DNA from: an uncultured Clostridia bacterium
GTDB taxonomy: Bacteria; Bacillota; Clostridia; Oscillospirales; CAG-272
Length of the DNA stretch: 62,065 bases
Reading direction: 5' to 3'
NCBI GenBank assembly: GCA_946410595.1
Contig: CAMKAU010000003.1
Coordinates: forward strand, 1 to 62,065
Below the pieces are notes generated by a model, which saw only the letters and a program-made list of their open reading frames with translations, was not told where the DNA came from and did not search any database. The translations under genes were made by a program, and so were the position numbers. Each line of letters begins with the position of its first letter. Position 1 is the first letter of the stretch. Of this stretch, positions 34,022-41,779 are shown in pieces.

Positions 34022-35695
34022 TTATTTTCCTTTTTTCCGTCGGCAAAGGACGGGCAGGATCGCGCCGGCGAGCAGAGCGGCGGCGCCGATCGCCGCGAGA
34101 GTGAAGGGGACGGCGGATTTTTCTGCGGACGGACCGGGCGTTTCTTTCGCCGCGGGATCGGGCGGAGCCGTTTCCGGCGCGGCGCTTTCGGCGGCGGCGT
34201 TCTTCGTTTCGGGGACAAGGGTTATCTCCGAGGCGGCGGGGAGCGTTTGCGCGGCGCTCTCCGGGGCGGCCGTTTCCGGCGGCGCGGAAGTCAGCGGCTC
34301 CTCGGTCACCGACTCCGTTGGGGGTTCCGTGGCGGTAGACTGTGTGACGGGCGCGGTCGCGGGAGCCTGCGTCACGGGCACGGTTACGGGGGCGGTCACG
34401 GCTGTCGTTTCCGGACGGGAAAACGGCTCCGCGACCTGGAGGCGGCTGATCTGCACGCCGAAGCCCTTGCGCTCCGCGGCGGAGAGGTTATAGCCGGTGC
34501 CGCTGAGGGCGTAGAGGTAGCCGTTTGCATAGGTGACGGCGTTCCAGATCGAATAGGCGGCGTCGGCGTGGTCGCCCGACGAGTCGGTAAAGTTGCGTTT
34601 TACGGCGACCTCTTCAAAGGACGGGGAGATCCCCTTGGAAGCGGGGGTCAATCCGTGGCCGCCGCCGGAAAGGGAGACCGGATCCTTGGAGAGGATGAGC
34701 TTCATCGTCACGTTGCAGTCGACCGAGCTGCTGAGCACGGCGCGGCCGCGCGTGGAGACGTTTTCCTGATAGGAGACGGCGATTCGGCCGTCCGGCAGAA
34801 CGGCAACGCCGGGCGCGGAGCAGCGGGGGTTCTTGTTGTCGGTCTTGTTCTTGTAGACCTCCGGCTCGGCGACGATCACGCCGTCTTTCCAGTCGTACCC
34901 GTTCGGGGAGAACCAGAGCTGGGTGCAGAAGACGTAGGAGGATGGCTTCGGCTGCGCCTCGATCGACATGACGTACCCGCTGCCGTCGGAAAGCCGCTCA
35001 ACGGTCGGCATCCCGTCGCGGCTCTGGTGCTCCTTGCCGGAGAGACAGACGCGGGGCGTTTTGTCCCACGTCCCGGAGGAGATCGAATAGGTCAGGACGC
35101 GGATATCCTGCAGATACCCGCCGGAGGAAGTCTTTCCGGCGTTGAGATCGTCGGAATAGTAGACGGCGAGGGTGTCGCCGTCCAGCAGGACGGGATACGG
35201 CTCCCAGTAGCCGTGATGGACCTTCGGCGTGCTCTCGACCAGCACCGTTTCCTTCCCGTAGGCGCCGGAGGAGCCGCTCCGGGACATCACGCGGATCGAG
35301 GTATAGAACTCTTTTTCCGCGCTGCTGTCGTAATTTTTCGTGTGGCAGCGGTAAAAGATCATCATCGAGCCGTCCGGCAGCTCGATCGGAACGGTGTTCG
35401 CGCGGGTCAGCGTATGCGTCACGCCGGAAGCGGTCGTCACGGTCGCGGGCGTCCCCGCAAAGAGGTTAGAGCTTTTTTTCTGATAGGTCGCGCCGTTATC
35501 GGAGGAGCGGTATTCGGTCGTTTCCCCCGTCACGATCAGGTCGCCGTTTGAGAGGCGCGTCATCCGCGGATAGCCGCCGGAGCCGACGCGGACGGGATCC
35601 TCGGTGGAGAGGGAGGCCGCCGCGGCGGCCAGCCCCGCCGGAAGAAGCAGCAGAGCGGAGAGCAGCAGCGCCGAAAAACGCTTGAGAGTGGGCAT
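34022..35695 (-). CDS. Secreted Asp-box beta-propeller (sialidase superfamily) with a Pro/Thr-rich stalk and a C-terminal TM anchor (557 aa)
   Basis: AAGGAG RBS. Signal peptide MPTLKRFSALLLSALLLLPAGLAAAAA. YPRMTRLSNG, Asp-box SSDNGATY, EFYTSIRVMSRS, HGYWEP and PGVAVLPDGRIAVSYQE. Tail AVPFTLAAIGAAALLAGAILPVLCRRKKGK. Confidence 0.8.
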   Translation of the reverse strand: MPTLKRFSALLLSALLLLPAGLAAAAASLSTEDPVRVGSGGYPRMTRLSNGDLIVTGETTEYRSSDNGATYQKKSSNLFAGTPATVTTASGVTHTLTRANTVPIELPDGSMMIFYRCHTKNYDSSAEKEFYTSIRVMSRSGSSGAYGKETVLVESTPKVHHGYWEPYPVLLDGDTLAVYYSDDLNAGKTSSGGYLQDIRVLTYSISSGTWDKTPRVCLSGKEHQSRDGMPTVERLSDGSGYVMSIEAQPKPSSYVFCTQLWFSPNGYDWKDGVIVAEPEVYKNKTDNKNPRCSAPGVAVLPDGRIAVSYQENVSTRGRAVLSSSVDCNVTMKLILSKDPVSLSGGGHGLTPASKGISPSFEEVAVKRNFTDSSGDHADAAYSIWNAVTYANGYLYALSGTGYNLSAAERKGFGVQISRLQVAEPFSRPETTAVTAPVTVPVTQAPATAPVTQSTATEPPTESVTEEPLTSAPPETAAPESAAQTLPAASEITLVPETKNAAAESAAPETAPPDPAAKETPGPSAEKSAVPFTLAAIGAAALLAGAILPVLCRRKKGK

Positions 35696-35705
35696 CGCGT
35701 TCTCC

Positions 35706-37211
35706 TTATTTTTCTTTCTTTTGCAGGATGATCTCGGAGAGACCGGCGGTATCCTGTCCCTCCTTCAGGGTAACGGTGATCTCCAGCGTTTTCACCTTCG
35801 TCCCCTCGGGCAGCTCGCTCAGCACGCAGAGCGCCGGGCTTTTCACGTCGGCGGAGAAGCGGAGGTTTTCGATGCGGTAAACGCCGTTTACCGTTACCGT
35901 CGCCGTCTTCGGGAAGTACCCGGCGTAGGAGGCGGGATAGATCCAGACGTAGGAAAGGGGCGTTTCCTCGTCAAAGGTCAGCTTCACGACGCTCTCCTCC
36001 GTGAGCTTGCAGTAGGTCCCGGTGGTAAGGGAGCCGGTGCTGCCGTCGACGAGAATCTTCGCTTCCTTGCCGTCCAGCTCCGCCTTCACGCCCTCGTGGA
36101 TCGTCGTGATGCCGTTGAGCCCGGAGGGAAGCGGCTGGCGCCAGGTGGAGGGGCCGTTGACCGAGAGGGCGCCGTCCTCCGCAAAGACCATCCGGTCGAT
36201 GCAGGGGGTGCGGTTGCCGCTCGGGTTTTTCACGTCGGTATGGCTGTGGTAGACGGTGAACATTTCCGTCCCGTCGGGGGAGAAGAAGTAGTTGTTGTGG
36301 CCGGTGCCGGAGGTCAGCTTGCCGTCTCCCTGCAGGATCGGATTGTTTTTCGGCTTGGTAAAGGGCCCGGTCGGGGAGGAGGAGGTCGCGTACCCGACGC
36401 AGTAGGAAGCGGCGGCGTAGTAGTTGGCGGAGAACATCAGGTAGTAGATCCCGTTCCGCTTGAACACGCAGGGTCCCTCGTTCCAGATGACGCCGCCGGC
36501 TTTCAGCTCCCACGCCTCGGTCGGGGTGGTAAGAAGGATCGGATCGCCCACCGTTTCCTTCAGATCGCTTGTCAGCTCGATCACGCAGCTCTGGCTGACC
36601 CGCTTGTCGCCGATATAGTTCGTGGAATTGTCTTTGGAGTAGTAGAGATAGCACCTGCCGTCGTCGTCAAAGAAGAGGCTGCCGTCGATCACGCTGTAAG
36701 AGGGGGAGAAGAGCGCCTTGCCGCCGAGATAGTCGGTAAACGGCCCTTCCGGCTTGTCCGCAACGGCAAGCCCGATGCTGTGCAGGTTCGTTTTGGCGTT
36801 CTGCGCGGAGAAGACGAGGTAGTATTTTCCCTTGTATTCGTGGCATTCCGGCGCCCAGAACTTCTGATCGCCGAAGGTGGCGCTCGTCTTCTGATAGACC
36901 ACGCCGACCTCGGTCCAGCGGTCGAGGAGCTTTGACTTCCAGCATTTGAAGCCGGTGCCGGTCGAGGTGGCGTACAGATAATACGCGCCGTTTGCGTAGA
37001 GGATAAAGGGGTCGCCGATCTTTGTGATCGCGGAATACGGGTTTTTCATCAGTTCGCCTCCATAAGCGCCGCCGTTTTCAAAGACGGTGATTTCTTGTTT
37101 CGGTTCTTCGGTTTCCGGGGCCGTGTCCGCCGGATCCCCCGTTGCTTCGCAGGAGAAAAGGGAGAGGGAAAGCGCAAAGAGCAGGAGAAGGGAAAGAAGG
37201 TGTTTTTTCAT
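35706..37211 (-). CDS. GH43-family lipoprotein with a C-terminal beta-sandwich (CBM-like) domain, copy 3 (501 aa)
   Basis: ATG at 37211 with GAGG RBS. Lipobox LSLFSC. GDPFILYANGAYYLYAT, FWAPECHEYKGKYYLVFSA, VIDGSLFFDDDGRCYL, WNEGPCVFKRNGIYYLMFSA. Confidence 0.85.
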   Translation of the reverse strand: MKKHLLSLLLLFALSLSLFSCEATGDPADTAPETEEPKQEITVFENGGAYGGELMKNPYSAITKIGDPFILYANGAYYLYATSTGTGFKCWKSKLLDRWTEVGVVYQKTSATFGDQKFWAPECHEYKGKYYLVFSAQNAKTNLHSIGLAVADKPEGPFTDYLGGKALFSPSYSVIDGSLFFDDDGRCYLYYSKDNSTNYIGDKRVSQSCVIELTSDLKETVGDPILLTTPTEAWELKAGGVIWNEGPCVFKRNGIYYLMFSANYYAAASYCVGYATSSSPTGPFTKPKNNPILQGDGKLTSGTGHNNYFFSPDGTEMFTVYHSHTDVKNPSGNRTPCIDRMVFAEDGALSVNGPSTWRQPLPSGLNGITTIHEGVKAELDGKEAKILVDGSTGSLTTGTYCKLTEESVVKLTFDEETPLSYVWIYPASYAGYFPKTATVTVNGVYRIENLRFSADVKSPALCVLSELPEGTKVKTLEITVTLKEGQDTAGLSEIILQKKEK

Positions 37212-37218
37212 CGTGGCC

Positions 37219-38730
37219 TCACTTCGCTTTTTTGTATTGCAGGACAAGCTCGGAGAGCGCGCCCGTTTGCTTTCCGTCCGGTGGCGTCACGGTGATCTCC
37301 AGCGTTTCGATCAGGGTGCCCTTCGGCAGCGCGCCGAGATTGAGGACGGCGGGGGAGTTTACCTTGGAGGAGAACGCAACGTTCTCAAACCGGTAGGTAC
37401 CGTTGACCGTCACGGAGAAGGAGAGGGGACGGAGCGCGTCCTTGTCGCCGGGGTAGACCCACAGCTCGGAAAGGGCGGTCGGCGTCTCCGGCGTTACGGT
37501 CACCGTATCCGCTTCCGTCAGCATCAGATAGGGGGAGCCGGTCCGCCCGTCGAGGAGGCGGGCGGCGATCTTTTCGTCCATTCCCTTTACGGTAACGTTC
37601 ACGCCCTCGGTCAGCTTATAATGACCGCTCGTTCCGCTCGGGACCGGCTGCGCCCAGACGGTCGGGCCGTTTACGTAAAGCAGCCCGTCCTCGCCGAAGG
37701 CGAGGCGGTCGATGCAGGGGGTGCGGTCGCCGCTCGGGTTTTCGGGATCGGTGTGGATGTGATAGACGGTGTAGATCTCCGTCCCGTCGGGGGAGAGGAA
37801 GAAGTTGTTGTGCCCCGGTCCGCTGACCTTCCCGCCGTCCGACTGAAGGATCGGATTGTTCGCCGGCTTCGTATAGGGCCCCAGCACGTTTTTCGCCGTG
37901 GCGTAGCCGACGCAGTAGGTCGCCTTGGAGTAGGAATTGGCGGAGAACATCAGATAGTAGGTCCCGTCGTGCTTGAAGATGCACGGCCCCTCGTTCCAAA
38001 GGGTATTGCCCGATTTTTTCTCCCAGTCCTCGGTCGGAGTGGAGAGGATCACCGGCTCCCCGACCGTGGATTTCAGATCGGGGGAAAGCTCGATCGCGCA
38101 GGACTGGCTTGTCTTTTTGCCGTTTACCTTGTTGGTCGAGCAGTCCTTTGAGTAGATCAGATAGCACTTGCCGTCGTCATCAAAGAAAAGACTCGCGTCG
38201 ATCACGCTGTACCCGGGGGAAAAGAGCGGGGCGCCGTCCGGCAAGAGATCGGTAAACGGCCCCTCCGGCTTGTCCGCCACGGCGATGCCGATGCTGTGGA
38301 GGTTCGTTTTGCTGCTCTGCGCGGAGAAGACGAGGTAGTATTTCCCCTTGTATTCGTGGCATTCCGGCGCCCAGAACTTCTGATCGCCGAAGCGGCAGGC
38401 GGTATAGTCGTAGACCCGGCCGACCGACGACCAGGTTTTGAGATCGGAGGAGCGCCAGCACTTCATTGCCGAGGTCGCGTAAAGATAATACGCTCCTTCC
38501 GCGTAAAGGATATAGGGATCTCCGATCTTGGTAATGGAGGAGTAGGGGTTTTTCGTGTAGGAAGCGGCGATCGGATCCTTGTTCTCAAGCGGGATCAGTT
38601 CGGCCGTTTCGTCCGGCTCCGGCGAAAGGGAAGAAAGGTCGGAAGACCCGGCCGCCTCCCCGCCGCTCCGGCAGGAGGGGAGAAGAAGGCAGAAGATGAG
38701 GAAAAGGAGAAGAAAAGAACGGCGTTTCAT
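37219..38730 (-). CDS. GH43-family lipoprotein with a C-terminal beta-sandwich domain, copy 2 (503 aa)
   Basis: ATG at 38730 with AAAGGAG 7 nt upstream. Lipobox LLLPSC. The 820-aa track ORF is an out-of-frame over-extension into the upstream gene. GH43 motifs as in copy 3. Confidence 0.85.
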   Translation of the reverse strand: MKRRSFLLLFLIFCLLLPSCRSGGEAAGSSDLSSLSPEPDETAELIPLENKDPIAASYTKNPYSSITKIGDPYILYAEGAYYLYATSAMKCWRSSDLKTWSSVGRVYDYTACRFGDQKFWAPECHEYKGKYYLVFSAQSSKTNLHSIGIAVADKPEGPFTDLLPDGAPLFSPGYSVIDASLFFDDDGKCYLIYSKDCSTNKVNGKKTSQSCAIELSPDLKSTVGEPVILSTPTEDWEKKSGNTLWNEGPCIFKHDGTYYLMFSANSYSKATYCVGYATAKNVLGPYTKPANNPILQSDGGKVSGPGHNNFFLSPDGTEIYTVYHIHTDPENPSGDRTPCIDRLAFGEDGLLYVNGPTVWAQPVPSGTSGHYKLTEGVNVTVKGMDEKIAARLLDGRTGSPYLMLTEADTVTVTPETPTALSELWVYPGDKDALRPLSFSVTVNGTYRFENVAFSSKVNSPAVLNLGALPKGTLIETLEITVTPPDGKQTGALSELVLQYKKAK

Positions 38731-38741
38731 GTCGGCTCCTT

Positions 38742-40439
38742 TCATTTTTGGTACTGCAAAACGAGTTCGGCAAGGGCCCCCGTCGTTTTCCCGTCTCCCG
38801 GCGTTACGGTGATCTCCAGCGTTTCGGCGGTCACGCCCGCGGGGAGCGCGGAAAAGGAGAAGACGAGCGTCGCGCCTTCCTCGGAGGGGAAGAGGACGCC
38901 TTCGATCAGATAGGTCCCGTTGACGAGGACCGAGGCGCTTTTCGGTCCGGTGCCCGTCCCGCCGGGATAGAGCCAGAGCGCGGCCGGCCGGACCGGGGAG
39001 GAGAGGGAGACGGTCAGGACGTCCTCCGCTTTCAGGGAGACGGAGGAGCCGCCCGTCCGCCCGTCGAGCAGAGAGAAGGCGGAGGCGGCGCTTTCTCCCG
39101 TCAGGGAGAGGGAAACGCCCTCCGTCAGCTTGTAAAAGCCGCTCACGCCGCTCGGCACCGGCTGGTTCCACGCGCTCGGGCCGTTTGCGTAGAGGAGGCC
39201 GTCCTCGCCGAAGACGAGCTTGTCGAGATTCGGCGTGCGGTTGCCGCTGGGATTTGCGGGATCGACCTGCGTGTGATAAACGGTGTAGATCTCCGTTCCG
39301 TCGGGGGAGAGGAAGTAGTTGTTGTGCCCGGAGCCGCTCGTCGTGGCGCCGCTCCCCTGCAGGATCGGGTTGTTCTTCGGCTTGACGTAGGGGCCGAGCA
39401 CGTTCGTCGCCATCGCGTAGCCGACGCAGTAGTAGTTGGTGGCGTAATAGTTGGCGGAGAACATCAGATAATAGGTCCCGTTGTGCTTGATGATGCACGG
39501 GCCCTCGTTCCAGAGGGTACTGCCCGATTTCTTTTCCCACGCCTCGGTCGGGGTGGAGAGGATCACAGGTTCCCCGACCGTCGACTTGAGATCGGACGTG
39601 AGCTCGATCGCGCAGGACTGGCTCGTCTTCTTGCCGTTCACCCAGTTGGTGGAGCAGTCCTTCGAGTAGATCAGATAGCACTTTCCGTCGTCGTCAAAGA
39701 AGAGGCTGGCGTCGATCACGCTGTAGCCGGGCGAGAAGAGGGGCGCTCCCTCCGGCAGGAGATCGGTAAAGGGGCCTTCCGGCCTGTCCGCCACGGCGAT
39801 GCCGATGCTGTGCCGGCCGGTCGACTTGTTCGAAGCGGAGAAGACCAGGTAGAACTTCCCGTTGTGTTCGTGGCATTCCGGCGCCCAGAACTTTTCCTGT
39901 CCGAACGCGCATTTCGTGTAATCGTAGACCCGCCCGAGCGACGTCCAGGTCTTCAGATTGGTGGAACGCCAGCACTTCATCCCCGAGGTCGCGTACATAT
40001 AGTAGACCCCGTTATAGTAGAGGATATACGGGTCGCCGATCTTGGTGATCGAGGAATAGGGGTTTTTCATGTAGGAGAGGGCGGGGAGCGAGATGCTGTC
40101 GAGCCGGACGATGGGATCCGGTTCCGGCTCCGGCTCCGTTACGGGTTCCGGCTCCGGTTCGGTCTCCGGCTCCGTCTGCGGCGGTTCTGTTGCAGGCTCT
40201 GTCTGCGGCTCGGTTTCCGGATCGGTCTCCGGCTCCGTCGCCGGTTCCGCCGTCTCCGGCGCGTCCGTCGCGGCGGGCGCCTCTGTCCCGGCGGGGAAGG
40301 TCACGGCGTCCCGCTCCGCCGCCGTCGCGGCCTCGGTCAGCGCCGGCGCCGTGTCGGCCGGATCCGTCCGGACGCAGGCGGAAAAGAGGGGCAAAACGAG
40401 AGAGAGGAGAAGAAGAATGGGAACGAGGCGTTGTTTCAT
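38742..40439 (-). CDS. GH43-family lipoprotein with a TEP/EP-repeat linker and a C-terminal beta-sandwich domain, copy 1 (565 aa)
   Basis: ATG at 40439 with GGAGGG RBS; the track start at 40457 is a TTG. Lipobox LPLFSAC. Linker TEPETDPETEPQTEPATEPPQTEPETEPEPEPVTEPEPEPDP. Catalytic region is very similar to copy 2 by eye (not computed). Confidence 0.85.
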   Translation of the reverse strand: MKQRLVPILLLLSLVLPLFSACVRTDPADTAPALTEAATAAERDAVTFPAGTEAPAATDAPETAEPATEPETDPETEPQTEPATEPPQTEPETEPEPEPVTEPEPEPDPIVRLDSISLPALSYMKNPYSSITKIGDPYILYYNGVYYMYATSGMKCWRSTNLKTWTSLGRVYDYTKCAFGQEKFWAPECHEHNGKFYLVFSASNKSTGRHSIGIAVADRPEGPFTDLLPEGAPLFSPGYSVIDASLFFDDDGKCYLIYSKDCSTNWVNGKKTSQSCAIELTSDLKSTVGEPVILSTPTEAWEKKSGSTLWNEGPCIIKHNGTYYLMFSANYYATNYYCVGYAMATNVLGPYVKPKNNPILQGSGATTSGSGHNNYFLSPDGTEIYTVYHTQVDPANPSGNRTPNLDKLVFGEDGLLYANGPSAWNQPVPSGVSGFYKLTEGVSLSLTGESAASAFSLLDGRTGGSSVSLKAEDVLTVSLSSPVRPAALWLYPGGTGTGPKSASVLVNGTYLIEGVLFPSEEGATLVFSFSALPAGVTAETLEITVTPGDGKTTGALAELVLQYQK

Positions 40440-40598
40440 GGGGGCCCTCCGCTGCAAAGTGTTTTCCGTCCCGCACGGCGGAACAAAAAATTGCTCTTAT
40501 TTATTATACATCGTTATTATATCGTCCCCGGGACGGGAAATCAAGATGCGGAGGAAAAAACTTTCATTTGTCTTTCATTATACTACGTACTGCGAAAT

Positions 40599-40627
40599 TT
40601 GACATGAAGGCGAATTTGTGATATAGT
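40599..40627 (+). promoter_or_regulatory. Sigma-A promoter TTGACA-17-TATAGT with an extended -10 TG
   Basis: TTGACA at 40599-40604 and TGATATAGT ending at 40627, 24 nt upstream of the ATG at 40652 region. Confidence 0.6.
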
Positions 40628-40651
40628 AAAAACACAAAAATCACAAAGGAG

Positions 40652-41281
40652 TTGTCTATGAAACAGATTGCTTGCCTGCTTTTTGCGCTCGTCATGGTCA
40701 TGACGTTTGCCGTTACCGCTTTTGCGGCTGATGCCGCTACTACCGCTAACGCCAAAGAACTGAAAGACTATCTTGCCGGCCTTGTCACCAAGTTCCCCGG
40801 GCTCGGCGTCAAGGCTGAGGATCTGAACGCTGCCAACAACTATATTGACAGCTATATTTCCACCAATACTCTTTCTGCCGAACAGGTCAAAACGATCAAG
40901 GATGCTCTTGATGCCGGGGTTGAGATTTACAAAGAGAATAGCAAGGAAGAACTCGATCTCAGTAAGCTTTCCGAGTACGTGAAGTCCCAGATCCTTACCA
41001 AGGCGAATGAGGCGTTTGCCGTTATCGGCCTGAAGGCTACCACCGAAAAGGACAGCGTCAAGTTCCTGAAGGTCGCTGACAACACCGTTGTTTACGAGAC
41101 CAAATCTACTCTTGTCAAATCCACAGGGTCGGGCGTTTCGTCGTTAGATGAAATTCTGAAAGGAAATGTGGAGATTTCTCTTCCTGTCGCGCTGGGGATT
41201 TCAAGTTCTGTTTTGAGTTTGGTTGCGATCGTTTTAAGTATCGTTGCCATTGTTGTTGCTTCCAAGAAGAAAGGAAAATAA
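40652..41281 (+). CDS. Small secreted helical surface protein with LVKSTG + TM + basic tail, paralogue of 22062..22634 (209 aa)
   Basis: Signal peptide MKQIACLLFALVMVMTFAVTAFA. Shares DLNAANNYIDSY, TKANEA and TLVKSTG with the paralogue. Tail ISSSVLSLVAIVLSIVAIVVASKKKGK. GC content is visibly lower than in neighbouring genes. Confidence 0.8.
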   Translation: MSMKQIACLLFALVMVMTFAVTAFAADAATTANAKELKDYLAGLVTKFPGLGVKAEDLNAANNYIDSYISTNTLSAEQVKTIKDALDAGVEIYKENSKEELDLSKLSEYVKSQILTKANEAFAVIGLKATTEKDSVKFLKVADNTVVYETKSTLVKSTGSGVSSLDEILKGNVEISLPVALGISSSVLSLVAIVLSIVAIVVASKKKGK

Positions 41282-41302
41282 AATTTCTTTTAAAACTTTC
41301 TC

Positions 41303-41331
41303 TTGACATGCGTTGCTTGTTGTGCTATGAT
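41303..41331 (+). promoter_or_regulatory. Sigma-A promoter TTGACA-17-TATGAT upstream of ylxM-ffh
   Basis: TTGACA at 41303-41308, 17-nt spacer ending in TGC, TATGAT at 41326-41331. Confidence 0.6.
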
Positions 41332-41371
41332 GTGTAAAACAAAAACGTTTACACCTTGACCGGAGCGTCGG

Positions 41372-41749
41372 ATGTTTGAAAAAAATCTGGAGATCGGAAC
41401 GCTGATCGACTTTTACGGCGATCTTCTGCCCGAGGAACAAAAAAAGCTGCTCGCCGCCTATTATTTCGACGATCTTTCGCTCGCCGAGGCGGCGGAGATC
41501 TTTTCGATGACGCGCCAGGGCGCGCGCGCCGCGATCAAACGCGGGGAGAAGGAGCTGCTCTTTTTTGAGGAAAAGCTCGGACTCGCCGCCCTGCACCGGG
41601 ACCGGCAGCGGGAGCTTGCCGCGCTCCTTGCGCTGGCCGGACGCCAGCGGGAGCTCTGCCTCGGCAAAAACGACCCGGCGCTGACCGCCTGCGCAGAGGA
41701 GCTGGAGGCGCGGCTTTCCGCTCTCTCCGGGGAAAAAGAGACAAACTGA
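41372..41749 (+). CDS. ylxM: UPF0122 / YlxM putative DNA-binding protein (SRP operon)
   Basis: LIDFYGDLLPEEQKKLLAAYYFDDLSLAEAAEIFSMTRQGARAAIKRGEKEL. Sits immediately upstream of ffh. Confidence 0.85.
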   Translation: MFEKNLEIGTLIDFYGDLLPEEQKKLLAAYYFDDLSLAEAAEIFSMTRQGARAAIKRGEKELLFFEEKLGLAALHRDRQRELAALLALAGRQRELCLGKNDPALTACAEELEARLSALSGEKETN

Positions 41750-41779
41750 CGCGGCGCGACCGCCGATGGAGAATACCGA

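Noticed and set aside
34202-34219. LVPETK in the stalk of the 557-aa propeller protein as a possible LPXTG-like sortase motif
   Set aside because: It lies about 35 residues upstream of the TM helix inside a Pro/Thr/Glu-rich stalk and lacks the terminal Gly. It is more likely chance similarity; the C-terminal TM plus the basic CRRKKGK tail alone explains anchoring.
38731-39681. N-terminal 317-aa extension of the 820-aa track ORF 37219..39681
   Set aside because: The extension is an out-of-frame overlap with GH43 copy 1 (38742..40439) and is Arg-rich nonsense. A lipoprotein signal peptide with AAAGGAG RBS begins at 38730.
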